Assembly (NCBI GenBank): GCA_965248355.1
Contig: OZ252098.1
Coordinates: forward strand, 4,512,001-4,576,000
DNA: 64,000 bases
Direction of reading: 5' to 3'
Source: Candidatus Latescibacterota bacterium
Lineage (GTDB): Bacteria; Latescibacterota; UBA2968; UBA8231
Made by a program: the position numbers and the translations under genes. The notes under the pieces were generated by a model. That model worked only from the letters and a program-made list of their open reading frames with translations. It was not told the origin of the DNA and made no database searches. Of the stretch, positions 49,146-58,401 are shown one piece after another (positions within the stretch are counted from its first letter, which is position 1; each line of letters begins with the position of its first letter).

Positions 49146-50122
49146 CCGGGGCTTCGCGAGGCGCGGATGCCGTGGCGTCGCAGCCGGTCGTAGAGGGTGG
49201 AGCGCTTCATGCCCAGAAGCCGGGCGGTGGCGGCGATGTTGCCGTCGCAGCGCTCCAGGGCCTGACTCAGCCGCCGGCCCTCGTCCACGGGCTCGGCGGG
49301 GGCCCGGTCTCCCCAGACCTCGTGGCGCGAGCACGACGCCCACAGGTGCTCGGGGGTGATCACCGGGTCGTCGCACTCGAGGACGACGCGCTTGATGACG
49401 ACGTTGAGCTCGCGCACGTTGTTGGCGCGCCAGTCGTGGCTCTTCAGCCAGCAGAGGGCGCCCTTGCTCAGGCTCTGTATGTGATGGCGGCCGAAGCGCT
49501 CGCGGAAGTGGACGAGGAAGTGGCGGGCGAGCTCGGGGATGTCGGCGCGCCGCTGGCGCAGGGGCGGCACCGGGACCACGTAGTCGGCGAGCCGGTAGTA
49601 GAGATCGGTGCGGAAGCGGCCCTCCTCCATCGCCTGGGACAGCTCCCGGTTGGTGGCGGAGACGACGCGCACGTCCACCGGGACCTCCTCGGCGCCGCCC
49701 ACGGGGCGCACCCGCCGTTCCTCGAGGGCGCGCAACAGCTTCGGCTGGGATGCCGCCGGCAGCTCTCCCACCTCGTCGAGGAACAGGGTGCCTCCCCGGG
49801 CCTGCTGAAACAGTCCCGGACGGTCGGCGTCGGCCCCGGTGAAGGCGCCGCGGCAGTAGCCGAAGAGGTGAGACTCGAGGAGGTTCTCCGGCATGGCGGC
49901 GCAGTTGACGGCGACGAAGGGACCCGTGCCCCGTGCCGGGTCGGACTCGTGCAGCAGACGGGCCACGAGTTCCTTGCCGGTGCCGCTCTCGCCGACGACG
50001 AGCACGTCCACTTCGAGTCCGAGGACGCGGTCCACGGCCTCGACGACCCCTCGCAGACCCGACTCCGCTCCGATCAGGAGATTCCCGCAGGAAGGCCGGG
50101 CGGGGATATGGGGGGCGGTCAT
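49142..50122 (-). CDS. Sigma54 enhancer-binding protein lacking a sensory domain
   Basis: GESGTGKE, GAFTGA, LFLDEVGE, FRTDLYYRL, C-terminal Fis-type HTH. Confidence 0.92.
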   Translation of the reverse strand: MTAPHIPARPSCGNLLIGAESGLRGVVEAVDRVLGLEVDVLVVGESGTGKELVARLLHESDPARGTGPFVAVNCAAMPENLLESHLFGYCRGAFTGADADRPGLFQQARGGTLFLDEVGELPAASQPKLLRALEERRVRPVGGAEEVPVDVRVVSATNRELSQAMEEGRFRTDLYYRLADYVVPVPPLRQRRADIPELARHFLVHFRERFGRHHIQSLSKGALCWLKSHDWRANNVRELNVVIKRVVLECDDPVITPEHLWASCSRHEVWGDRAPAEPVDEGRRLSQALERCDGNIAATARLLGMKRSTLYDRLRRHGIRASRSPG

Positions 50123-50361
50123 GGGGGAGGTTCGACTGCGTCGGGGTGGCTAAGTATGCCCCTGGCCTGCCCGGGCCTCAAGCAAACGCTCTCCGTTTTG
50201 CAGCCGGCCGGGTGACGGCCGGTACCGGGAGGGCTCCCTCCGGCGCCGGGCCGTCGGCCCGGCGCTGCCCGCCGCCGTCCCCTGCGGGCGAGGTACGGAA
50301 CTCGCTATGGCTGCGCCCTTCCTCGGATGACGCGAAGAACAACGGCGACGGAGATCTCCCC

Positions 50362-51432
50362 ATGAACCGCCCGCCCACCCACCGCGAACCCCGGCTTCAG
50401 GTCCACGCCAACCCCACACCGGTCCGGCCGGGCAGCCCCGGCGATCCTCTCCTGGCTTCGGAGAGCGCCAGCATGCGCAGCGTTCTGGCGCAGGTGCTGC
50501 GCGTGGCCGACGCGGAGGCCACCGTCCTGCTCCAGGGGGAGAGCGGCACCGGCAAGGGGGTGCTCGCCCGGGTGCTGCACGACCGCAGCCCCCGGGGAGG
50601 CGGCCCCTTCGTCGAGGTCAACTGCGCGGCCCTGCCCGAGGGCATCCTCGAGTCGGAGCTGTTCGGCCACGAGAAGGGGGCCTTCACCGGCGCCGTGCGC
50701 CAGCGCGCGGGCCGCCTGGAGCAGGCCCACGGCGGAACCATGTTCCTCGACGAGGTGGGCGCCGCCGACGGCCGCGTCCAGCTGCGGCTGCTGCGCGTCC
50801 TGCAGGAGCGCCGCTTCGAGCGGGTCGGCGGCGATCGCACCTTCACCGCCGACGTCCGCGTCGTGGCCGCCACCAACGTCGATCTGGCCGCCGAGGTGCG
50901 CCAGGGGCGGTTCCGGGAGGACCTGTTCTACCGCCTGCACGTGATCCCCGTCGAGCTGCCGCCGCTGCGGGACCGCCGCGAGGACGTGCCCCTCCTCGTG
51001 CAGTACTTCCTGCGGCGGCCCCGGCCCGGAGCCCCGCCGCGGTTCCCCCGCGACATCGACGAGGAGGCCCTGCGGCTGCTGATCGACTACCCGTGGCCGG
51101 GCAACATCCGCGAGCTGGAGAACACGCTGGAACGCATGGTCGTGCTGGCCCGGGGGCCGCGGCTGACCGCGGCCGACGTGCCCGAGGAGGTGGCCGCCTG
51201 GCGCCAGGGGAGGGCGGCGGAGGCGCTGGAGGACCTGGGGGAGGTGAGCTACCGGGAGGCGCGGGAGTGGTTCGACCGCCGCTTCCTGAGCCATGCCCTG
51301 CGGCGGCACAACGGCGTCATCACCCACGTGGCCGATGCCATCGGCATGTCGCGGAAGTATCTCTACACGCGCCTGGAGCAGCTGGACATCGATCCGAGGC
51401 GCTACCGCGCCAAGTACCAGCGCCCCAACTGA
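50362..51432 (+). CDS. Sigma54 enhancer-binding protein lacking a sensory domain
   Basis: GESGTGKG, GAFTGA, FLDEVG, WPGNIRELEN, C-terminal HTH. Confidence 0.92.
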   Translation: MNRPPTHREPRLQVHANPTPVRPGSPGDPLLASESASMRSVLAQVLRVADAEATVLLQGESGTGKGVLARVLHDRSPRGGGPFVEVNCAALPEGILESELFGHEKGAFTGAVRQRAGRLEQAHGGTMFLDEVGAADGRVQLRLLRVLQERRFERVGGDRTFTADVRVVAATNVDLAAEVRQGRFREDLFYRLHVIPVELPPLRDRREDVPLLVQYFLRRPRPGAPPRFPRDIDEEALRLLIDYPWPGNIRELENTLERMVVLARGPRLTAADVPEEVAAWRQGRAAEALEDLGEVSYREAREWFDRRFLSHALRRHNGVITHVADAIGMSRKYLYTRLEQLDIDPRRYRAKYQRPN

Positions 51433-51475
51433 GGTGTCCGCCCCCCGGGGCCCGGGAGTCGGGGGCGCCGACGGT

Positions 51476-53419
51476 TCAGCCGCCCTCGAGCCGTTCCCGC
51501 ATCTGCCGCACGAAGTCGTTGTCGTCGTAGCCGCCGCGCACGGCCGCGAAGTCGCGGTCGCGGTCGGCCTCGCCGCCCTCGAGGCCGTATCCGAAGCGGG
51601 CGATGGGGTCGAACTCCTTCTCGGCGTCGGCCAGGATCCTGCGCACGAAGGAGGCCGTGGACTTGCGGTGGGCGGCCTCGATCTGGTCGAGGCAGGCCGG
51701 GGTCAGGTCCTCCGTCGAGGTGCCGGTGCGCTCCTGCCAGACGGCCCGCACCCACTCCCACTCGTCGGCCTCGTACGCGGCGTCGGCCTCGGCGAAGGCC
51801 GCGTCCAGGTCGGCGGGACCGGCCAGCTCGCCGCCGGCGACCCCGTCTTCGATGCGCCGCAGGCGCTCCCGGGGCATCAGCAGCCCCCCCACGTCGGTCC
51901 AGTCGGCGCCGTACACGCCCTCTCCGGCGGACAGGGCTCCGCGCAGGGCCTCGCCATCCCCGGCCCGCCGGGCCTCGGCGGCGCGCTCGAGGATCCGGCC
52001 GCGCAGGTAGGCGTCGATGCCGTCGGCGTAGTTGCGGGCGCTGCGGCGCAGCAGCAGGCGCTTGATCACCACGCCCTTGTAGCGCACCAGCTCGACCTCC
52101 CGGCTCGTGCCCTCGTAGAGCTCCTTCAGCAGGGCCTCGCCGCGCAGCATCTTGCCCACCGTGTAGGGGCTGTAGACCTCGAAGCGGATCTGGTCGCGGC
52201 GCACCGACCCTTCGCGGCGGTCCCGGGTCGGCCACTTTTCGCCGTCGCGCACGGTGCCCACGGTGAACATGTTCATCGCCGGCGTGCACAGGGACTCGCC
52301 GTCCTCCTCGGTGACGTAGGAGAAGGGCAGGTCGCCGATGTCGAAGTTGTTCAGGTGCTTGCCGATGATGACGCAGAACGGGCCGACCACCGTGGGCCAG
52401 CGCATGTACGAGAAGGAGCCGTTCTTCGTGCCCCGCTGGATCACGCCCTGGTGCACGGGCCCGAGCTTGTACATGTGGTTGGACTGGTTGGTGCCGGAGC
52501 CGGCGTTGTAGAAGGAATAGACGCCGGCGATGAGCAGGGTGGACTTGTGGTGGGTCACGGTGTAGGGGCCGGCGAAGATCGAGCAGGCCTCGCCGTGGAA
52601 GCCCTCGCAGTTGGCGAAGAACAGGGAGTTCTCGACCGAGAACTGCTTGCCGAGATGGACCCCCTGGCCGACGAAGGCCGTGTGCAGCACCACCCCGTCC
52701 TCGACGGCGGCGCCCTCGGCGATGATGAAGTCCTCGGCGCAGACGCCGGCGCCCACCCGGGCCGGGGCCTCCGGCTCCGAGAGGATGGTGCCGTTGCACA
52801 GCCGCGAGGCGCCGAGCACCTCGGCGGCGGGTCCCACGTCGACGTCGATCAGGCGCCCCACCTGGTCCACCCGGGCCCCGGCGCCGATCCGCCCATGGTC
52901 ACGGGTGGCCTGGCGCGCGTACCCGGCGGCGATCCCGCGCAGGCCCTCCACCAGGCCCTCGCGGTGACGGTGCATGGCCATCAGGTAGGCGTACTGGCTC
53001 GACATCTCCGCGAAGAGGGTGACCTCGCGGCCCCCGCCCTCGTTGACGGGACTGGCCTCGACGCCGTTGCCGAAGGTGGCCCCCGGGCGCGTGACGGCGG
53101 AGCCCACCCCGGTGACGACGGCGCCGTCCTCCACCCGGTAGCGGGCGAGGCAGCCGACGCCGGAGATCAGCACGTCGTCGCCGATCTCGCAGTCGACGAT
53201 GGTGGCGTCGGACAGACCCGCGGGCAGCCGCACGCCCTCCTCGAGGTCGGCCGACCCGCGCAGGGCGCCCACCAGCACGTGGCCGGCGAAGCGCACGTTG
53301 CGCACGCGGGTCGGGTCGAAGCCGGCGGAGACGCGGACCCGGGTCCAGTCGTCGCAGGTGCAGCCGCGGGCCTCCAGGGCCGAGACCGCCGCCGCGGTCA
53401 GGGGCAGGTGAGTGCTCAT
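51476..53419 (-). CDS. DUF4954 family protein (left-handed beta-helix-like repeats)
   Basis: FGNGVEASPVNEGGGREV, FHGEACSIFAGPYTVTHHKSTLLIAG, NAGSGTNQSNHMYKLGP. Confidence 0.85.
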   Translation of the reverse strand: MSTHLPLTAAAVSALEARGCTCDDWTRVRVSAGFDPTRVRNVRFAGHVLVGALRGSADLEEGVRLPAGLSDATIVDCEIGDDVLISGVGCLARYRVEDGAVVTGVGSAVTRPGATFGNGVEASPVNEGGGREVTLFAEMSSQYAYLMAMHRHREGLVEGLRGIAAGYARQATRDHGRIGAGARVDQVGRLIDVDVGPAAEVLGASRLCNGTILSEPEAPARVGAGVCAEDFIIAEGAAVEDGVVLHTAFVGQGVHLGKQFSVENSLFFANCEGFHGEACSIFAGPYTVTHHKSTLLIAGVYSFYNAGSGTNQSNHMYKLGPVHQGVIQRGTKNGSFSYMRWPTVVGPFCVIIGKHLNNFDIGDLPFSYVTEEDGESLCTPAMNMFTVGTVRDGEKWPTRDRREGSVRRDQIRFEVYSPYTVGKMLRGEALLKELYEGTSREVELVRYKGVVIKRLLLRRSARNYADGIDAYLRGRILERAAEARRAGDGEALRGALSAGEGVYGADWTDVGGLLMPRERLRRIEDGVAGGELAGPADLDAAFAEADAAYEADEWEWVRAVWQERTGTSTEDLTPACLDQIEAAHRKSTASFVRRILADAEKEFDPIARFGYGLEGGEADRDRDFAAVRGGYDDNDFVRQMRERLEGG

Positions 53420-53458
53420 ATCTAATTGAAGACGCCGGGTTTCTCGCAGGGCGCGACA

Positions 53459-53486
53459 AACCTAGCGGCGGTCCCGGGGGTGTCAA
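53459..53486 (-). promoter_or_regulatory. Putative sigma70 promoter of the DUF4954 gene
   Basis: TTGACA (53486-53481), 16-nt spacer, TAGGTT (53464-53459). Confidence 0.5.
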
Positions 53487-53570
53487 GCTCGCGCCCCGGC
53501 GGGGCCCCGGCCGGGCCTCCGGTTTCCGGAAATCCGGCCCTGTCGTACATTCCAGCCCCGAAAAAACCCC

Positions 53571-54320
53571 ATGTCAGGCAACATAAAGCTCGAAATCTGC
53601 GACCACGCGGAAGGCGTGGCCCGCCAGGCGGCGGCCTCCCTGTCCGCCCTCGTCCGTTCCCGTTCCGAGACCGTCGTCGGCCTGGCCACCGGGTCCACCC
53701 CGGAGGCGACCTACGGCGAGCTGGCCCGCATGCACCGGGACGAGGGTCTGAGCTTCGCCGGCGTCACCACCTTCAACCTCGACGAGTACTGGGGGCTGGG
53801 CGGCGACCACGAGCAGAGCTACCGCCACTTCATGAGCGACCGCCTCTTCCGGCACGTCGACATCCGGCCGTGGAACACCCACGTCCTCAACGGGCGGGCC
53901 CGGTTCCCGGAGCTGGAGTGCCGGTCCTTCGAGGACAGGATCCTGTCGGTGGGCGGCGTCGACCTGTGGCTTCTCGGCATCGGCGGCAACGGCCACGTCG
54001 CCTTCAACGAGCCGGGCAGCCCCGTCGACTCGCGCACCCGGCTGGTGAGCCTGGCCCAGGAGACCATCGACGCCAACAGCGACGGCCGGTTCTTCTCCGA
54101 TCCGGCCGAGGTGCCCCGCTGCGCCCTGTCGGCCGGCATCGGCACCATCCGCGAGGCCCGGGCCATCGTCCTGCTGGCCACCGGCGACAACAAGGCCGAC
54201 GCCGTGGCCGCCGCCGTGGAGGGCCCCTTCACCCCGGACTGCCCGGCCAGCCTGCTCCAGGACCACCCGGACTGCACCTTCATCATCGACGCCGGCGCGG
54301 CGTCCAAGCTCGCATCCTAG
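53571..54320 (+). CDS. nagB: Glucosamine-6-phosphate deaminase
   Basis: GLATGSTP, TFNLDEY, LGIGGNGHVAFNEPGS, CPASLLQDH. Confidence 0.96.
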   Translation: MSGNIKLEICDHAEGVARQAAASLSALVRSRSETVVGLATGSTPEATYGELARMHRDEGLSFAGVTTFNLDEYWGLGGDHEQSYRHFMSDRLFRHVDIRPWNTHVLNGRARFPELECRSFEDRILSVGGVDLWLLGIGGNGHVAFNEPGSPVDSRTRLVSLAQETIDANSDGRFFSDPAEVPRCALSAGIGTIREARAIVLLATGDNKADAVAAAVEGPFTPDCPASLLQDHPDCTFIIDAGAASKLAS

Positions 54321-54331
54321 GCAGAGGGAAC

Positions 54332-54574
54332 ATGGACAGGGACGACGTCAAGCAGAGGGTCTACGGCGTGATCGCCAGCGTGCTCAAGATCGACGTGGGC
54401 CGCATCGAGGAGGCTCAGTCCTTCTCGGCCGATCTCGGCGCCGAGTCGGTGCAGTCGGTGGAGCTCATGGCGGGCTTCGAGGAGGAGTTCGAGATCGAGA
54501 TGGACGAGGACGACGCCCTCGCCGTGCAGACCGTGGGCGGCGCCATCGACTTCATCGGCAGACATCTGGACTGA
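54332..54574 (+). CDS. Acyl carrier protein (atypical GAES motif)
   Basis: 80 aa, acidic; DLGAESVQSVEL...FEEEFEIEM...TVGGAIDFI. Confidence 0.88.
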   Translation: MDRDDVKQRVYGVIASVLKIDVGRIEEAQSFSADLGAESVQSVELMAGFEEEFEIEMDEDDALAVQTVGGAIDFIGRHLD

Positions 54575-54592
54575 GGAACAGGAGAAGAGAAG

Positions 54593-55993
54593 ATGACGGT
54601 GGCCACTACAGGCCGGTTCGAGCTGCGGGAGGTGGAGGAGCCGAACCTGCTCGACGAGATGTTCGACTATTCCCTGCCCCCGAAGATCGAGTTCGACGGG
54701 GCCATCCACGAGGAGATCGACGGGCAGGTGGTGACCTTCGACCCGGCCGAGATGCTGGCCCGGGACCTGGTGATCACGGACACCACCTTCCGCGACGGGC
54801 AGCAGGCGCGGCCCCCGTACACGGTGGAGCAGCAGGTCACCCTCTTCGACATGATGGCCCGCCTCGGCGGCCCCAACGGGGTGATCCGGCAGACCGAGTT
54901 CTTCCTCTACACGGCCAACGACCGCAAGGCCCTCGACGACTGCCGGGCCCTGGGCCACCCCTACCCGGAGGTGACCTCGTGGATCCGCGCCGACAAGGGC
55001 GACTTCCGGCTGGTGAAGGAGGCGGAGGTCAAGGAGACGGGGCTGCTCACCCCGTCGTCGGACTATCACATCTTCTACAAGCTCAAGAAGGACCGCCGCA
55101 AGGCCTTCGACGACTACATCGAGGTCATCGAGGCCGCCTGGGAGGCGGGCATCCGGCCGCGGGTCCACCTGGAGGACCTGACCCGCGCCGACTTCGACGG
55201 CTTCGTGCTGCCCTACGTCTCGGAGCTGAAGCGCCGCTCGGAGCAGGTGCCGGCCGACCTGCACGTGAAGATCCGCCTGTGCGACACCATGGGCTTCGGC
55301 GTGCCCTCGCCGGGGGTGGCCCTGCCGCGGTCGATCCCCAAGATCATCCACCGCATGACCCACGATGTGGGGATCCCGCCGGAGTGCCTGGAGTGGCACG
55401 GCCACAACGACTTCCACAAGGTCCACGTCAACGGCGCCACGGCCTGGCTGTACGGCTGCAACGCCGTCAACACCACCCTCTTCGGCTTCGGCGAGCGCAC
55501 CGGCAACCCGCCCCTGGAGGGGGCGCTGATCGAGTACATCGCCCTGCGCGGCGACCTCTGCGGCATCGACACGCAGATGATCCAGGAGATGGCCGACTAC
55601 ATGCGCTCCATCGGCGTCGAGATCGCCCCGAACTACCCCTTCGTGGGCCGCGACTTCAACACCACGAGGGCGGGCATCCACGCCGGCGGCCTGCGCGCCG
55701 ACGAGCGCATCTACAACATCTTCGACACCACCGCCCTCTTCGGCCGCCCGCCGCGGGTGTCGATCACCGACAAGTCCGGCGTCGACGGCGTCGCCCTGTG
55801 GGTGAACGACTTCCTCGGCCTCGAGGGCGAGGCGAAGCTGTCGAAGATCAAGGTCCACAAGGTGGCGCGCTGGGTCATGGACCAGTACGAGGTCCACAAC
55901 CGCATGAGCGCCATCACCGACGAGGAGCTGGAGGAGCAGGTCAAGGAGCATCTGCCCGACCACTACGCGCGGCGCGTCCGCAGGGCGGGCTGA
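54593..55993 (+). CDS. DRE-TIM acetyl-CoA condensing enzyme, Re-citrate synthase-like
   Basis: ITDTTFRDGQQ, GVIRQTEFFLY, HLEDLTRAD, LCDTMG, HGHND, GERTGN; no LeuA regulatory domain. Confidence 0.8.
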   Translation: MTVATTGRFELREVEEPNLLDEMFDYSLPPKIEFDGAIHEEIDGQVVTFDPAEMLARDLVITDTTFRDGQQARPPYTVEQQVTLFDMMARLGGPNGVIRQTEFFLYTANDRKALDDCRALGHPYPEVTSWIRADKGDFRLVKEAEVKETGLLTPSSDYHIFYKLKKDRRKAFDDYIEVIEAAWEAGIRPRVHLEDLTRADFDGFVLPYVSELKRRSEQVPADLHVKIRLCDTMGFGVPSPGVALPRSIPKIIHRMTHDVGIPPECLEWHGHNDFHKVHVNGATAWLYGCNAVNTTLFGFGERTGNPPLEGALIEYIALRGDLCGIDTQMIQEMADYMRSIGVEIAPNYPFVGRDFNTTRAGIHAGGLRADERIYNIFDTTALFGRPPRVSITDKSGVDGVALWVNDFLGLEGEAKLSKIKVHKVARWVMDQYEVHNRMSAITDEELEEQVKEHLPDHYARRVRRAG

Positions 55994-56027
55994 ATGCGCT
56001 CCCACTCATGGCAGGGGGATTGAACCG

Positions 56028-56549
56028 ATGCTGACCCAGGAGATGGAGCGCGCCCTCAACGAGCAGGTGAACGTCGAGCTGCAGTCGGCTTACCAGTACC
56101 TGGCGCAGGCGGCCTATTTCGAATCGATCGACCTGAAGGGCTTCGCCCACTGGATGGGGATCCAGTATCAGGAGGAGCGCGCTCACGCGCTGAAGATCTA
56201 CCAGTTCATCATCGACCGCGACGGCCGCGTGAAGCTGCTGCCCCTGGCCGAGCCGGTGGGCGAGTGGGAGGACCCGACCCGCGCCTTCGAGGCCGCCCTC
56301 GAGAGCGAGCGCGACAACAGCCGGCGGATCCACGAGCTCTGCGACCTGGCCATGGGCGAGAAGGACCACGCCACCCTGGCCTTCCTGCAGTGGTTCGTCA
56401 CCGAGCAGGTCGAGGAGGAGGCCGTGGCCCACGACCTGGTGCAGAAGCTGAAGCTGGTGGCCGACAGCAACGCCGGCCTGTTCATGCTCGACCAGGAGCT
56501 GAACCAGCGCGCGCCGGCGCCGGAGACAACCGACATGCCCGGGGCCTGA
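56028..56549 (+). CDS. ftnA: Non-heme ferritin
   Basis: LNEQVNVE, EERAH, FLQWFVTEQVEEE. Confidence 0.93.
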   Translation: MLTQEMERALNEQVNVELQSAYQYLAQAAYFESIDLKGFAHWMGIQYQEERAHALKIYQFIIDRDGRVKLLPLAEPVGEWEDPTRAFEAALESERDNSRRIHELCDLAMGEKDHATLAFLQWFVTEQVEEEAVAHDLVQKLKLVADSNAGLFMLDQELNQRAPAPETTDMPGA

Positions 56550-56557
56550 GGGGCTCC

Positions 56558-57400
56558 GTGAGAGTCGCCGTCACCGGCAGCGCCGGCCGCATCGGCGCCT
56601 CTGTCGTGGCCGATCTCGCCGGCCGCGGCCACCAGGTGACCGGGCTCGACCTGCGCCGCGGCGACCATCCCGGCGTCCGCCACCTCGCCGCCGACCTGAC
56701 CGACGCCGGGCACGTCTACTCGGGCCTGGCCGGCGCCGACGCCGTCGTTCACCTCGGCGCCTGGTCGGGCACCGTTCCCGACACCGAGGTCTACGCCGCC
56801 AACACGGCCGGCGCCTTCAACGTCCTCCGGGCCTGCGCCGACCTCGGCATCCGCCGCGTCGTCACCGCCTCCAGCGCCCAGGTCTACGGCTTCAAGGCCG
56901 ATCCCCCCGTCTACCTCCCCGTCGACGAGGACCACCCCCTGCGCCCGCAGAACAGCTACGCCTTGGCCAAGATCGCCAGCGAGGAAGCGGCCGAGTACTT
57001 CTGCGAGCGCCACGGCCTCGAGGCCGTGACCTTCCGCTTCATGGGCATCCGCCGGCCCGGGGAGGTGCCCCCGCAGATCGAGACTCTGAAGGCCGATCCC
57101 GCCTCGGGCGTGGGCCTGCTGTGGACGCGCACCGACGTGCGCGACGCCGCCCGCGCCTGCACCCTCGCCGTGGAGGCGGTCAGCGTCGAGCCGGGGGTCT
57201 ACAACCTGACGGGAAGCAGGATCATTGCGTCCGAGGACACGGCCGTCCTCGTGGAGCGGCTCTTCGGCGCCGCCACCGAGGTCCGGGCCGAGCTGCCCGG
57301 CCGCTCCTCACCCATGAGCTGCGCCAAGGCGGAGGCCGCCTTCGGCTGGAGCCCCGCCTTCGTGTGGACGGCCGACGGCCTGTCCCCGGACCACTCATGA
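56558..57400 (+). CDS. NAD-dependent epimerase/dehydratase
   Basis: VTGSAGRIG, ASSAQVYG, YALAK. Confidence 0.9.
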   Translation: MRVAVTGSAGRIGASVVADLAGRGHQVTGLDLRRGDHPGVRHLAADLTDAGHVYSGLAGADAVVHLGAWSGTVPDTEVYAANTAGAFNVLRACADLGIRRVVTASSAQVYGFKADPPVYLPVDEDHPLRPQNSYALAKIASEEAAEYFCERHGLEAVTFRFMGIRRPGEVPPQIETLKADPASGVGLLWTRTDVRDAARACTLAVEAVSVEPGVYNLTGSRIIASEDTAVLVERLFGAATEVRAELPGRSSPMSCAKAEAAFGWSPAFVWTADGLSPDHS

Positions 57401-58389
57401 GATTCGGCATCATCGGCTGCGGCTCCATCGCCGCCAGCTCCTTTGCCCCCAGCCTGCTGAATTCCCGCGAGACCGATCTGACCGCCGTCTGCCGCCGCGA
57501 CGGCGACGGCGCCCGGGAGTTCGCCCGCCGCTTCGGCGGCGCCGCCTACGACTCGGCCGCCGCCCTCATCGGGGACCCCGCCGTGGAGGCCGTCATCGTC
57601 TCGACGCCCACCGACACCCACTGCGAGCACACCCTGGCCGCCGCGGCCGCCGGCAAGCACGTCCTCTGCGAGAAGCCCATGGCCCGCGACCGCCGCGAGG
57701 CGCGGCGCATGATGGAGGCCTGCCGCGACGCCGGCGTCACCCTCGGCATCGCCTACCGCCGCCGGCTCTTCCCCCAGGTGCTGGAAGCGAAGCGGCGGCT
57801 GGCGGCCGGCGAGATCGGCCGCCAGGTCTTCAGCCGCACCCACTACAGCGGCGGCGGCGGCCTCGGCTCGGGGTCGTGGCAGACCGAGCCCGGCATCGGC
57901 GGGGCCCTCATGGAGATGGCCGTTCACCGCATCGAGGTCCTCCTCAACCTCGCCGGCAGCGAGCCGGTGGAGGTCTGCGGCCTCCTCGACACCGTCCACC
58001 ACGACTGGCCCGTGGACGACACCGACGCCCTGCTGCTGCGCTTCGCCGACGGCACCGCCGGGATGCACTCGACGATCCTCACCTCCAACCCGCGCCGGGA
58101 CTTCGCCCAGATCGACGGCGTCGACGGCCGCATCGTCATCGACGGCCTGGAGTACGGCGGCGGGGCGATCGAGGTGGAGACGGCCTCGGGGCGGGAGTCG
58201 GTGCCCGTGGAGCCGCTGCAGGCCCCGTACTTCGACCAGCCCATGATCGAGGACTTCGTGAACGCCGCGCGGGAGGGGCGCGAGCCGGTCTGCGACGGCG
58301 TCACCGGATATTGGGTGCAGGCCGTGGCCGACGCGGCGAGGGAGTCCTCGGCCAGCGGCGCCCGCGTCGCCGTGGAGCCCTGGGCCTGA
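57397..58389 (+). CDS. Gfo/Idh/MocA family oxidoreductase
   Basis: FGIIGCGSIA, GKHVLCEKPMA, GGALMEMAVH. Confidence 0.92.
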   Translation: MRFGIIGCGSIAASSFAPSLLNSRETDLTAVCRRDGDGAREFARRFGGAAYDSAAALIGDPAVEAVIVSTPTDTHCEHTLAAAAAGKHVLCEKPMARDRREARRMMEACRDAGVTLGIAYRRRLFPQVLEAKRRLAAGEIGRQVFSRTHYSGGGGLGSGSWQTEPGIGGALMEMAVHRIEVLLNLAGSEPVEVCGLLDTVHHDWPVDDTDALLLRFADGTAGMHSTILTSNPRRDFAQIDGVDGRIVIDGLEYGGGAIEVETASGRESVPVEPLQAPYFDQPMIEDFVNAAREGREPVCDGVTGYWVQAVADAARESSASGARVAVEPWA

Positions 58390-58401
58390 AGGAGGCGCCC
58401 C

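Noticed and set aside
50123..50361. Sigma54 -24/-12 promoter between the two activators
   Set aside because: The candidate TGGCTAAGTATGC has wrong GG-to-GC spacing (8 rather than 10)
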